From NCBI GenBank assembly GCA_050008355.1, contig JBEKMT010000008.1, positions 3,568 to 67,567 on the forward strand: 64,000 bases of DNA. Direction: 5' to 3'. Origin of the DNA: Verrucomicrobiota bacterium. GTDB lineage: Bacteria; Verrucomicrobiota; Verrucomicrobiia; Limisphaerales; UBA11358. The notes beneath the pieces were generated by a model. That model ran no database searches and had not been told where the DNA came from. It saw nothing but the letters and a program-made list of their open reading frames with translations. Of the stretch, positions 1-10,894 are shown piece after piece. A program made the translations under genes and the position numbers. The first letter of the stretch is position 1. Each line of letters opens with the position of its first letter.

Positions 1-1019
1 GCCCGGATTTAACCAGCGCCACAATTCCCGAAAGCGTTACGAGCATCGGTGAGGATGCTTTTTCCGGAACCGGGTTGACCAGCGTCAGTGTTCCCACCAA
101 TGTCATCAGCCTCGGCGTGGCAGCGTTCGAGGGTTGCTCGAGCCTGACCAATGTCACGCTTCCGGCCAGCGTCACCAGCATCGGGGAAAATGCCTTCTCC
201 GTCTGTCCCGCCCTGAAGGCGATCAACGTGGACCCAGCCAATCCTGATTTCAGCAGTGTGGCCGGGGTGCTCTTCAACCAGAACCAGACCATCCTCATTC
301 AAGCTCCCGAAGATCTTACCGGCAGTTACACCGTTCCCGGCAGCGTTACCACTATTGGCAGTTATGCCTTCGCGTTCTGTCCCAAGCTGACAGGCATCAC
401 CCTCGGCACCAATATCACCACCATTGATGGCTATGCCTTCGATTACAGCGCCCTGTCCAGCATCACCCTCCCTGACAGCTTGACGAACATTCAGGCCGAA
501 GCTTTCGATGAGTGCACCAACCTCAGTAGCGTCTCAATCCCCGATAGTGTCACCAGTATCGGGGAGGAGGCCTTCACATTTTGCCTTTTCAAGAGTGTTA
601 CGATTCCAGCGAGTGTCACGAGCCTGGGAGATTCCGCATTTGAAGCTTGCTTCAACCTGCAGTCGATTTATTGCCTCGGCAACGAACCCGCCGCGGGCAT
701 CACGGTCTTCGACAATGTCAGCCCGACAGCGGTCGTCTATTACCTGGCGGGAACCACGGGATGGGGACCGGTCTATAGCTTTCTGCCCACAGAACTCTTG
801 AATCCAATCAGCGGCATTGGCTTGAACAACAATCAATTCGGATTCACCATCAGCGGCACCAATAGCCAGGTCATCACCGTGGAAGCCAGCACCAACCTGA
901 CAAATCCGAACTGGCAACCGCTGGAGACGAATACTCTCAACGGCAGCTCCTTACATTTCACCGACCCGCAATGGGGCAATTATCCGCGCCGGTTCTACCG
1001 CGTAGTCTTCCTGCCTTGA
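1..1019 (+). CDS. Leucine-rich-repeat (BspA-type) secreted protein, 5'-partial, with C-terminal FYRV module
   Basis: The frame stays open back to base 3 (PDLTSATIPESVTSIGEDAFSGTGLTSVSVP precedes the first Met), so the gene continues off the left edge. It carries about 23-aa repeats of the form L.S(V/I)T(L/I)P.SVTSIG..AF..C..L. The tail is ...VEASTNLTNPNWQPL...YPRRFYRVVFLP. Confidence 0.8.
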   Translation, partial: PDLTSATIPESVTSIGEDAFSGTGLTSVSVPTNVISLGVAAFEGCSSLTNVTLPASVTSIGENAFSVCPALKAINVDPANPDFSSVAGVLFNQNQTILIQAPEDLTGSYTVPGSVTTIGSYAFAFCPKLTGITLGTNITTIDGYAFDYSALSSITLPDSLTNIQAEAFDECTNLSSVSIPDSVTSIGEEAFTFCLFKSVTIPASVTSLGDSAFEACFNLQSIYCLGNEPAAGITVFDNVSPTAVVYYLAGTTGWGPVYSFLPTELLNPISGIGLNNNQFGFTISGTNSQVITVEASTNLTNPNWQPLETNTLNGSSLHFTDPQWGNYPRRFYRVVFLP

Positions 1020-1040
1020 TAGTTGGTTGCCTTAGGTCCA

Positions 1041-1071
1041 CCCCCGGTTGTCCGGGCGAACCAACCGGGGG
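1041..1071 (+). terminator. Perfect 10-bp stem hairpin just after the LRR gene stop (no clear U-tract)
   Basis: cccccggttg (1041-1050) pairs with caaccggggg (1062-1071) across an 11-nt loop, 22 nt after the stop codon. No T-run follows, so it may be only an RNA-stabilising hairpin. Confidence 0.3.
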
Positions 1072-2037
1072 CCAGCCAGCCCCGCAAAGAATGGCATGCA
1101 GCATTTTAACCTTCACAGGGCCGGCAAGTACATTTGGGCAAACAAGAACGGCCCTTTGGACTGCAGCGGATGGTGAATATTGAACGATTTTTTGCTTTTC
1201 GCGCAAGCGGAGAAACGTAAGTACGGCCAAACTCGCCATGGCCAATGTGCCGGGATCGGGATTCGATTCGCCGACGAGCTTGTCCAAGGACCAACCACCA
1301 GAGACACCGTCACCAGAATTGCCCGCGACATCGACATCGTGTGGGGAGCTGGCCCCTTCTTTCTAAGACCGTTGAATCCTTCAATCACCGATGGTTGGAG
1401 ATTCAAGCTTCAAACAGATGGCTGCGGGTCATTCCAGAGCCGTGTCCACACGTACGTCGAAAATATCCATCGGATGAGATAGCATATCAATTATAGTGAT
1501 TGTAAATGGTTGGTTAAAGTAACAGCCAAGTGTGCGACACTCCACGTCACTAAAGCTGCGATGGCCGCACTTCTATCCGCTGTGCTGGGCGGCCGTGCTT
1601 CATCCCGGATGCCAAGATCAGGCATTGGGTCCAGCGCACTTATCCATGGAGTAAATCACGAGCGAACCAGAGCAGATTTTGATGTGTATTATCTCGAATT
1701 CCTCAACGGAGCGTACTGAGCCCGCCTGCATCCAGGTGTTCGTTTGTGGAGCCTGTGCCGATGGGCCCCGGGAAGCGCCTCATTGTCGTGCACAACGAAG
1801 CGATGGATGGTTCGCCTAGTAAGTACCTACTCATCGGGCATGCCAGGGCCAACGCTAAGTTCGAAAGCGGCGTCACTTAAGTCGTCGATGGCCGGAATGA
1901 GGGTGATAATGTCGCTATTTGGATCACCCGAGCAGAAACTGGAGAGAAGGTCACAAAAGAGGCCCGTGCAGCGAAAGTCGATTTGAAGCTTTTCGCCGAA
2001 CAGTAAGAATTGAAAACCGTAAAATCGTATCCGTTAT

Positions 2038-2172
2038 TCAGTCATTACGTGATCTTTTCCGTGCTGTGACGAAGTTGGGAACGGCGATGGCGCAAAGCGG
2101 TCCGGCGATGGCGACGACAATCATAAGTTCCACGAGCGTAAGGCTGTATTTACGCGAAGTTCTCGATGTCAT
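2038..2172 (-). pseudogene. 44-aa stub of a prepilin-type (type IV pilin / pseudopilin) N-terminal helix
   Basis: Hand translation gives MTSRTSRKYSLTLVELMIVVAIAGPLCAIAVPNFVTARKRSRND*. This matches the class signature (G)FTL(I/V)ELM(I/V)VVAI(I)GIL(A)AIA(I/V)PNF..AR, but the Gly before the cleavage site is absent and the ORF stops after the alpha-1 helix. The ATG lies 6 nt after the RCC1 gene stop. It is below the 60-aa cutoff of the ORF track. Confidence 0.45.
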
Positions 2173-2178
2173 AAAGCG

Positions 2179-3648
2179 CTAGGGTGTGCGGACGCTGTAA
2201 AAACGACGCGGGATGGTGACGGTCGACGATTCGGTGAATTGAAACTGGCCGGCGGCGACTTCCGAGGCTGTGCCTGCCGCAGTCCAACGGTTCATCGGCC
2301 ACGACAAGTTGGTGGTCGTCAACACGGCGAACAAGGTGCCGGGATTATTTGTGAAATTGATTTGGAACGAGCCGTCGGGCAGTGTCGCTCCGGTTAGAAG
2401 GATTGGTGTCGGCGCGGCTACCACCGGCCACAACACCAGGCCGGGACTCCATGCATCATTCGTCGTGCCGTTGCCGAGTTGGCCATGCGGGTTGGAACCC
2501 CAGCTCCACATTGTGCCGTCGGACTCCAGGGCGAGGCTTTGCCAGTCGGGGGTCTGCACGGCGACGACGGTCGCATTGCCGAAAGCAGCCATCGGCTCAG
2601 GAAACGGGTGCGCGACGGAATCGGTCATGCCGTTGCCGAGTTGGCCGTTGTAATTGCGTCCCCAAATCCACACGGTATGGTCAGTCCTGATGGCACAGTT
2701 GTTGCGGTCGCCGGTGACACCGGCAAAAATCATGTTCGTCAGGTTCAGCACCTGCATCGGGATATTGGTGTTATTCGTGGTACCGATACCAAGTTGGCCG
2801 AGATTGTTGTAGCCCCACATCCAGATGCTGCCATCGGATTTCAACGCCTCGGGTTCCTGAAAATCGCCGGAGATGGAAAGAACGTTGGAAATGCCCGGGA
2901 CCGGAATCGGTGTGTAACTGTGAAAGCCGAAACCGCCCTGGCCCATTTCACCCACTTTGTCCGTGCCCCACATTTCCACTGTCCCGTTGGGCATGAGAAC
3001 GAGGCTGGTCGAGTAACAGGCGGAAATGGCGGCCGGATTCGTGATGCCGAGGACTTGCCGGGGAACCAGAACGGTGGCGGTAGAACCGATGCCCAACTGG
3101 CCATAGTAATTCCAGCCCCAAGCCCACACGGTGCCGTCAGATTTCAGTGCGAGAGTGTGGTAGCCGCGACCGCTGATGCCGACGATGTTTGTCAGGCCGA
3201 TCACCTGAACCGGCGTCCAAGCGTCGTTTGTCGTGCCGTTTCCGAGCTGAGCGAATTCGTTGTCGCCCCACGCCCAGACTGTGCCGTCGGCGCGCAGCGC
3301 GGTGTTGACGGCTTCTCCGGCGGAAACGGCGATGATGGAATTCAGATAACCGACGTTGCCCGGCCCATGCACTTTGACCGGAAGGTAGCTGTCGAAACTG
3401 TTATCGCCGTAATTGGCGGACGACTGGTTGTTACCAAGTTTACCAGCCACGTTGCTGCCCCACGTCCAGACGCTCCCGTCCGCGAGCAGGACCATTGTGT
3501 CCTGCCCTCCGCCCCAAAATTGCACGATCGGCGACGGCGGCAGGTTGGTGGTCAGTTGCGCGGATGCGGACAAAACGGATACAATAAGAAGGGCGAACGG
3601 AACCGCCTTTTCAATCCACGAACTTGTTTTTTTGTCTGTGTTGTTCAT
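2179..3648 (-). CDS. Secreted RCC1-repeat beta-propeller protein with C-terminal FYRV module
   Basis: It has an N-terminal signal peptide (FALLIVSVLSASAQ). There are seven repeats of DG(T/S)VW.WG.N..GQLG.G, for example DGTVWAWGWNYYGQLGIGS and DGTMWSWGSNPHGQLGNGT. The tail is ...TTTNLSWPMNRW...IPRRFYSVRTP. Confidence 0.9.
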   Translation of the reverse strand: MNNTDKKTSSWIEKAVPFALLIVSVLSASAQLTTNLPPSPIVQFWGGGQDTMVLLADGSVWTWGSNVAGKLGNNQSSANYGDNSFDSYLPVKVHGPGNVGYLNSIIAVSAGEAVNTALRADGTVWAWGDNEFAQLGNGTTNDAWTPVQVIGLTNIVGISGRGYHTLALKSDGTVWAWGWNYYGQLGIGSTATVLVPRQVLGITNPAAISACYSTSLVLMPNGTVEMWGTDKVGEMGQGGFGFHSYTPIPVPGISNVLSISGDFQEPEALKSDGSIWMWGYNNLGQLGIGTTNNTNIPMQVLNLTNMIFAGVTGDRNNCAIRTDHTVWIWGRNYNGQLGNGMTDSVAHPFPEPMAAFGNATVVAVQTPDWQSLALESDGTMWSWGSNPHGQLGNGTTNDAWSPGLVLWPVVAAPTPILLTGATLPDGSFQINFTNNPGTLFAVLTTTNLSWPMNRWTAAGTASEVAAGQFQFTESSTVTIPRRFYSVRTP

Positions 3649-4248
3649 GCTTGGCTCTTGGTTTGTTGTTGCGGTGATAGTGCAATCATTGCGTCAACCT
3701 ATAAAGTGCCCCAAGTGAATCGCCCGACCCCGGGGAACGGAACCCGGGTGGGCTGGCAATCACCGTCAAAAAGGTTTACTCCCCTGACCTGTTGCAAGAG
3801 GCGCTCAGCCCACGTTTGGGACGACATGGAAATTTCTCCACTGATTTTCGCCACATTAGACCCGCTCACTTTGATCAGCAATGCCAAATACAAAACGGTC
3901 AACAGGAGAACATGGTGGTGGTGGACAAATGAGATGCGCAGAGGACAATGCGGCTGCTGCGCTTCCACATCGCGGAGCGGCATGTGGATCTGCACAAGAT
4001 TAGAGGGCTTGGGTTTTCAGCGGGTAGACACCTATGAAGTCCTAAAGAAGTGAGTGCGCCCCTTTGTTGACCGGAAAGGTTGGGGCAAGATTGACTGATT
4101 GGTTTTGAGCTAAAGTGGTCTGGTTAATCGCGCAGACATTTGCCTCGTCCTGATATTCGGCACCGCGGTATTAACATTTCTTCGTTGGAGTGCTAGGATT
4201 CTCCAGGGTTACAACCCATTAATCGCATTCAATTATGCGGGCTTCGGC

Positions 4249-4680
4249 CTAATTCTGGCGTCTGCGGTTTGAGCCGACTTTCTGAAGTATCCCGCCAGCC
4301 ACCATGACCAGCGCGCCCACGATCAGCCCGGCGAGGGACAGGTGCGCCAGCCAAAGCTGGATGTTGCTGTCTGAAACAAAGTCTCCAACCGTGAGGATCG
4401 TCATCGTCGGAACGACGACCAGGACCCCACCGATACTCCAGCACCAAATTGCCGCAATTTGGAATTTATTGCGCTTTTCATTTTGAGGACTGCCAACCGC
4501 CGGTCCGGTGGGTGGATCAGTATCGAGACGGGGCAGGCTAAGTTGCGTTGAACTGCCGCAGTGCGGACAGTCGATGTTTTGACCGAGCGTGCGGTCGGGC
4601 GTTTCGCTGACACGTTTGAGCTGCGCGACTTCAAATTCGATCGCGCGCCCGCATCGCTGACAGTCGCATTTGACAATCAC
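4249..4680 (-). CDS. Zinc-ribbon membrane protein (hypothetical)
   Basis: Two CxxC pairs (CDCQRCG ... CPHCG) are followed by two hydrophobic helices (IAAIWCWSIGGVLVVVPTMTIL and LAHLSLAGLIVGALVMVAGGIL). The start is GTG. Confidence 0.6.
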   Translation of the reverse strand: MIVKCDCQRCGRAIEFEVAQLKRVSETPDRTLGQNIDCPHCGSSTQLSLPRLDTDPPTGPAVGSPQNEKRNKFQIAAIWCWSIGGVLVVVPTMTILTVGDFVSDSNIQLWLAHLSLAGLIVGALVMVAGGILQKVGSNRRRQN

Positions 4681-5086
4681 CTGCTTTGTTTAACTGCCTT
4701 TCCTCACGGCGTCAAGATGCAGGTAGCCAGTCTGTCATTGGATTTTACAGGGATCGATCGTTAAACCCGGCTCCAAGCCGGAACAATTCAATTGCGAAAA
4801 AAGATTGGACCGGGATCAAGCACGGACGATTCAGCGTCAGTGATCTCGCTATGGAATTTCAGGCACAAACGTGCCCGGTCATCCCCACATGACAGAAACG
4901 TTGGCTAAAAGGCCCGTTTGGCGGGGGCGCTGCCGGGCACAAGCCGTGTTCTGATCTGTGCTGAATCACTGCCGAAAAAACCATTTCCCGCCCTCTGCCC
5001 GTCGACCGGGGCACTTTCTTTCCTTGATTTTATTCGAATTCGGCATTTTCATCTGGCAGCACTAATCATTAAACTGAACTGAAATT

Positions 5087-6352
<1,266 letters not shown>

Positions 6353-6378
6353 TCTGTCGAAATTGAACACTGTCACGT

Positions 6379-6414
6379 AACGGGCGAGCCGGTCGGGTTC
6401 GCCCGTTTTGTTTT
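6379..6414 (+). terminator. Rho-independent terminator after icd
   Basis: aacgggcga (6379-6387) pairs with tcgcccgtt (6399-6407) across an 11-nt loop and is followed by ttgtttt. Confidence 0.7.
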
Positions 6415-6419
6415 AGGGA

Positions 6420-7316
6420 ATGAACTGGGTGGTTGAAATTCTGTGGTCCGCGTTTTTTCTCGGCCTGTACGATCTGTGTACCAAGCACGCCGTGCGCGCC
6501 AATGCCGTCACGCCGGTCCTGTTCTTCAGCACCCTCACCAGCGCCACAGTCTGGACAGTGCTGTTGCTGGTCCAAAAAGTTCACCCGGGCTGGCTGCCAC
6601 GTTCGCTGGTCACCGATCCGCTGACCTGGAAACAGCATCTGCAACTGGTCTTGAAATCAGGGATCGTCGCCGCCTCGTGGGTGGGAACGTATTTCGCCAT
6701 GAAACACCTGCCGCTCTCGCTCGGCAGCCCGATCCGCGCCACCAGCCCGCTGTTTACCCTGGTGGGCGCAATTGCGATCCTGGGTGAACGCCCCACGTTG
6801 CTGGAGACCATTGGCGTGCTTACCACCCTGGCCTCGTTTGTTGGCTTGTCGTTTGTCGGCCGGCGTGAAGGCATCCATTTTCACCGCAACCAATGGTTCT
6901 GGTTCTTGATCGCCGGCGTTCTGTTCGGCGCGGTCAGTTCGCTATATGACAAATATCTGCTGGGCACGCTGAAGTTTTCCGTGCCGACCATGCAATGCTG
7001 GTTTTCGATCTATCTGCTGGTCTTCTTTGCGCCGTTTGCCCTGGGCTGGAGATTGCGGTTGTGGCCGACCAATCCGTTTCATTGGCGCTGGAGCATCCCG
7101 TTTATCGCGCTGGCTTTGCTCGTGGCGGATTACCTGTATTTCAGCGCCCTGCAACATGCGCATGCGCTAGTCTCGATAGTGATGAGCTTGCGTCGCGGCA
7201 GCACGCTGGTGGCTTTCGCCGGTGGCTTATACTTTTTCCATGAAGCCAACGGCTGGCGCAAATTACCCGCTGTGCTCGGAATCCTGCTCGGCATCGTGCT
7301 GACGTTGCTGGGCTAA
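6420..7316 (+). CDS. EamA/DMT-superfamily transporter
   Basis: 298 aa with about 10 hydrophobic helices arranged as two similar halves. The overall character is typical of EamA-like permeases. Confidence 0.75.
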   Translation: MNWVVEILWSAFFLGLYDLCTKHAVRANAVTPVLFFSTLTSATVWTVLLLVQKVHPGWLPRSLVTDPLTWKQHLQLVLKSGIVAASWVGTYFAMKHLPLSLGSPIRATSPLFTLVGAIAILGERPTLLETIGVLTTLASFVGLSFVGRREGIHFHRNQWFWFLIAGVLFGAVSSLYDKYLLGTLKFSVPTMQCWFSIYLLVFFAPFALGWRLRLWPTNPFHWRWSIPFIALALLVADYLYFSALQHAHALVSIVMSLRRGSTLVAFAGGLYFFHEANGWRKLPAVLGILLGIVLTLLG

Positions 7317-9469
7317 GGGACAGTGAGTCCGGTGTAATCACCAATGATTTTGGCGTCGTATGGCGAGTATAGCCCCTGTTGGGTGTCATCGAGGCCGTAA
7401 CTTACGTTTTCCCCGATCAATATGCCTGCGCTACCCCCCGAGAAGGTGTCGCCGTACTGTGGCAAAGGCAGACCATAATCGGCCACGATGGTTCCGGAGG
7501 AAGTAATCTGGATGACCCGATTATTAAGCTGGTCACTGATCAGTGTGTCGCCATTGGCCAGACGAATAGCCCGGGTGGGTTCGGGCGCGGCGACGCTCAT
7601 ATCGTAGAGACCGTCCGTCGGGGCGGTATTCGTGGTGAAGTACTGCCAGACGACCTGGTCGTTGGTATCCACCTCCACGATGCGAGCGTTGCCGGAATCG
7701 GTGAGGAGGGTGTCGCCGTTGGTCAGTCGGCTCGCGAAGGCGAGGGTGTTAACGGTGCCGCCGGCGGAAAAGGTTTTGACGACTTCATCGGCGCTGGTCA
7801 CTTCGAGAGCTCGGTTGTTGCCCTGATCCGCAATCAGGATGTGACCATTGGCAAGCAACTCGGCAGAATTGGGCGCGTTGAGCTGGTCCGACGCATTGGT
7901 GTCGCTGCCGGGGTATTGCCAGACGATTTCCTTGTCATAGTTGACTTCAATAATGCGGTTGTTGCCTTGATCGGTGATCAGGACATTGAAGCCGGGGACG
8001 AAAGTGCTTTGCACCGGGGTGTTCAACAGGTTGGAACCGGCACCGGTTTGTCCAAACTGGCCATATTGCCAGACAATGTTGCCTGCCGCATTCACCAGCA
8101 GTACCCGGCTGTCAGCCGAGCCGCTTGGAGTTTGGGGAATCACTCCCGGAGCGTCGCCAGGGTCGGCCATCAGAGTGTAATCGCCGACGCGTTCGGCATC
8201 GTTGACGCTAATGGGGGAGTTGGTGGAGAAGTCGGTTGGTCCGAGTCCAAAAGACCAGACGATGTGGCCGGCCGGGGTGGTTTCGATGACGCGGTTATTC
8301 CATTGATCGGCAATGAGAACATTGCCGGCCTGATTGAATTCCGGGCTGACTTGAAAATTTGCCAGGCGGAAGAACTGTTGCCCGCCGGAGATGACATTCG
8401 TCACGCTGAATTTACCATTCACGATGACCGGCGCGTTGGTAACGATGGCCCAGCCCAGCGGCGCAAAAAGGTTCGTGGTGGATTGCAAGGTGAACCCGAT
8501 GTCATTGGCCGGCCAGCCTAGAACGATTGAGTTCGCCGCCGCAGCAGTTGATCCGGCGGGATTGGCGGTCACCCCGAGTGCGGGGGGAGGGACGGACACC
8601 AGCGTGGGAGAAAACGCCGCAGTGCTATCTCCTGGCGCGCCCTGACTAAAATCAATTCCACCAACGTAGGCAACCGATTCCCCGGAAGGTGGCGCCGTGA
8701 TGACCGATGGCGGTGAGCTGCTGACAAAGGTGAATGTCGCTGAAGCGCCCGGCGCCAGCGCGGTACCTGAACTATTGATCCACATGATGGAATTGCCGCT
8801 CAGCTCGTTGCCCCAGCCAAGCGAATTGGCGGCGTTCGTCGGGTCTGAAGGCAGATTATCTCCGTCTATTGTCCAAGCATACCAGAAGCTGTTTAGAGCA
8901 TTGGTTCCCGTGTTTTCCAGCGTTATCGTGTAATCATACTCAGTACCGGCCGCAAACCCGGAAATCGTGGCCGTAACCGTGGGCACAGCGGGAGGAGGCG
9001 CTACCAATGTGGGAGAAAACACTGCGGTACTGTCACCGGCCTTGTTCTCAGTGAAATCAATTGCACCGACATACGCAACCGATTCCCCGGAAGGCGATTT
9101 CGTAGTGGCCGAGGGTGCGGAACTGCTGGTGAAGGTGAATGTCGCTGAGGCACCCGGCGCCAGCGCGGTGCCTGAACTATTCACCCACTTGATGGAATTG
9201 CCATCCAGATTATTGCCCCAGCCGAGTGAATTGGTGGGGCTGGACGGGTCCGAAGGCAGGTTATTACCACCTGTTGTCCATCCATACCAAAAGCTATTCA
9301 GGGCCACGGAGCCGGTATTTTGGAGCGTTATAGTGTAAGCATATGAACTTCCGGCAGCCACCGCGGAAATTGTGGCCGTAACGCTCTGCGCATGGATTGA
9401 GAAGGTAGCGGCGGCCAATGCTGCGGCGACCGCCAGGGAAAGTTGAATTGAACGTATTCTCGGTATCAT
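7313..9469 (-). CDS. Secreted protein: 2 x 135-aa unknown domain, internal FYRV-like module, C-terminal NHL-type beta-propeller
   Basis: It starts with a signal peptide (AAALAAATFSIHAQ). A tandem 135-aa duplication follows, and then ...LQSTTNLFAPLGW...GGQQFFRLANFQ. Repeats of the NHL kind come last: NVLIADQWNNRVIE, NVLITDQGNNRIIEV, HILIADQGNNRALEV, DTLLTDSGNARIVEV and DTLISDQLNNRVIQI. Confidence 0.85.
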   Translation of the reverse strand: MIPRIRSIQLSLAVAAALAAATFSIHAQSVTATISAVAAGSSYAYTITLQNTGSVALNSFWYGWTTGGNNLPSDPSSPTNSLGWGNNLDGNSIKWVNSSGTALAPGASATFTFTSSSAPSATTKSPSGESVAYVGAIDFTENKAGDSTAVFSPTLVAPPPAVPTVTATISGFAAGTEYDYTITLENTGTNALNSFWYAWTIDGDNLPSDPTNAANSLGWGNELSGNSIMWINSSGTALAPGASATFTFVSSSPPSVITAPPSGESVAYVGGIDFSQGAPGDSTAAFSPTLVSVPPPALGVTANPAGSTAAAANSIVLGWPANDIGFTLQSTTNLFAPLGWAIVTNAPVIVNGKFSVTNVISGGQQFFRLANFQVSPEFNQAGNVLIADQWNNRVIETTPAGHIVWSFGLGPTDFSTNSPISVNDAERVGDYTLMADPGDAPGVIPQTPSGSADSRVLLVNAAGNIVWQYGQFGQTGAGSNLLNTPVQSTFVPGFNVLITDQGNNRIIEVNYDKEIVWQYPGSDTNASDQLNAPNSAELLANGHILIADQGNNRALEVTSADEVVKTFSAGGTVNTLAFASRLTNGDTLLTDSGNARIVEVDTNDQVVWQYFTTNTAPTDGLYDMSVAAPEPTRAIRLANGDTLISDQLNNRVIQITSSGTIVADYGLPLPQYGDTFSGGSAGILIGENVSYGLDDTQQGLYSPYDAKIIGDYTGLTVP
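8576..9385 (-). repeat. Tandem 405-bp (135-codon) intragenic duplication
   Basis: The string gtgaatgtcg occurs at 8730 and at 9135, an offset of 405. The flanking DNA is visibly similar over most of the unit. The protein copies are aa 29-163 and aa 164-298 (SVTATISAVAAGSSYAYTITLQNTG... versus TVTATISGFAAGTEYDYTITLENTG...). Confidence 0.85.
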
Positions 9470-9859
9470 AGTCTTTGCATGGTTGTTCTCTTGGTGCGTT
9501 CGACGTCCAGCACAAGCTGGGGCCGCCTAGTGAGAGTTGGATGACCAAGTCGGAGAAAGGTTCCAGAAAAAAGTCGAAAGGCTCAGGATTGGCCAGGATG
9601 AAAAACAATGTTCTTCAAAATATTTCACAACAATTCCGCCATGGCGTCCGCTCCACCTTGATCACTTCACTGCGTCGAAACAAGGATATCTCAAGGATTT
9701 GCTCACCGGCTCGCCAGCGGCCAAGACCACCCAAATCCGTAAATTCAAACCAGCAGTCTGCGCCCAGGTCAAACCAAGGGAAAAAGCAGTCGCTCAGGCA
9801 GCTTGGGAATTGTTCCCAGCCTGTTAGTCAGCGTGCCGCCGTAAGGCGGATGCTCATCA

Positions 9860-10609
9860 TCATTGTACTGAACCGATTAAGATGTGCCCGCACGGAACAA
9901 AACCCGCTTTCTGAAGCGTTTTACGGGAAGCAATATTCTTCAGGTTGCATCGAGCCGACGGAATGTTCCCCTGTTCGTAACAGACGCGCTTTAACTCTTG
10001 AACCAAGTATGAGCCAAGCCCACGTCTCCGAAACGCTTCGGCGACCTCCAAATAGATATCGCCATAGGGTCGATTGTAATGGAAAAGTATCCCGCCTTTC
10101 GCCGCTACCACCCCACCAATTTCGACGACCCCGTGGGAGAACAATTGATCTGCGGGAATCTTCGGGTCGTCAGAGGCGACCGCACGACGGAAAGAAGCCT
10201 CTGCTGGCGCGAGTGCTGTCGTCAGTTTGTCGTGATAAAGGATACTCTCGCTCACAACCTCGCCAGCGAAAGTATGCAACATGGCCGTAAGCATGGAATC
10301 ATTACTTTGCGTCTCGATTCTTTTCGCTCTGCTGGCGGCGAGCAGCACGGAAAAGAGATCGAGTAGGCGGGAGCGGAAGTACGGCAGAACATAAAACTCG
10401 TATATGCTCGGCTTTTCCTGCCATGGCCCGCTGACGGCAATCGAACCGTAACCGACAGGGCCTCCGCCTGCACTGAGAACATACTCCTGGCTCCAGCCTG
10501 GCCGGGAATGGATCGAATCGTGGATTATTTGACAATTCATTTCTTGTCGATACAAATCCCGCCAAGAGCCAATTTTTTCAGAGGTGGTCAGTTTGGCAGC
10601 CAATTCCAT
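9860..10609 (-). CDS. GNAT-family N-acetyltransferase
   Basis: The C-terminal half carries the acetyl-CoA motif RRRGLGSYLVQELKRVCYEQG ... NIASRKTLQKAGFVPCG. At 249 aa it may hold two GNAT-like halves. Confidence 0.75.
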   Translation of the reverse strand: MELAAKLTTSEKIGSWRDLYRQEMNCQIIHDSIHSRPGWSQEYVLSAGGGPVGYGSIAVSGPWQEKPSIYEFYVLPYFRSRLLDLFSVLLAASRAKRIETQSNDSMLTAMLHTFAGEVVSESILYHDKLTTALAPAEASFRRAVASDDPKIPADQLFSHGVVEIGGVVAAKGGILFHYNRPYGDIYLEVAEAFRRRGLGSYLVQELKRVCYEQGNIPSARCNLKNIASRKTLQKAGFVPCGHILIGSVQ

Positions 10610-10894
10610 GCCGGCAAGTTAAGCCCAATCTAAAGGCCGATGTCTATTGAAAATCAGATGGAGTAAAGAGAGGAACTGATCTGCAAGCCGTTCGGCAGGT
10701 CGGCATCGCAAACGACATGTGGCCCACCACCCGCATATCCGGTAACGGCAGGTTTTCGCACTTCTGCCTCAGCCGAAATATCTTTCTCCCATTCTTCTGT
10801 GTGAGAGTAATTTTCTTGCGAGCTTTTAAGTGGTTGTACCCACGACCAATCAAAACCCACGTTCAGCAACTCCGGCCAGCCGGACAATGGGACT

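Noticed and set aside
3699-3995. A 98-aa minus-strand ORF upstream of the RCC1 gene whose middle (…LIKVSGSNVAKISGEISMSSQTWAERLLQQ…) faintly resembles a sigma-70 region-4 helix-turn-helix.
   Set aside because: The resemblance is weak and needs an unexplained insertion of about 14 aa. No region-2-like sequence exists upstream in any frame. It is perhaps a decayed ECF sigma remnant, but I cannot support it from the sequence alone.
2479-4053. A 524-aa plus-strand ORF, the longest in this part of the window.
   Set aside because: For most of its length it runs antisense to the RCC1 gene, which has unmistakable repeats and a signal peptide. Its translation is Arg/Gly/Ala/Val-rich with no motifs. 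This is a typical shadow ORF of GC-rich DNA.
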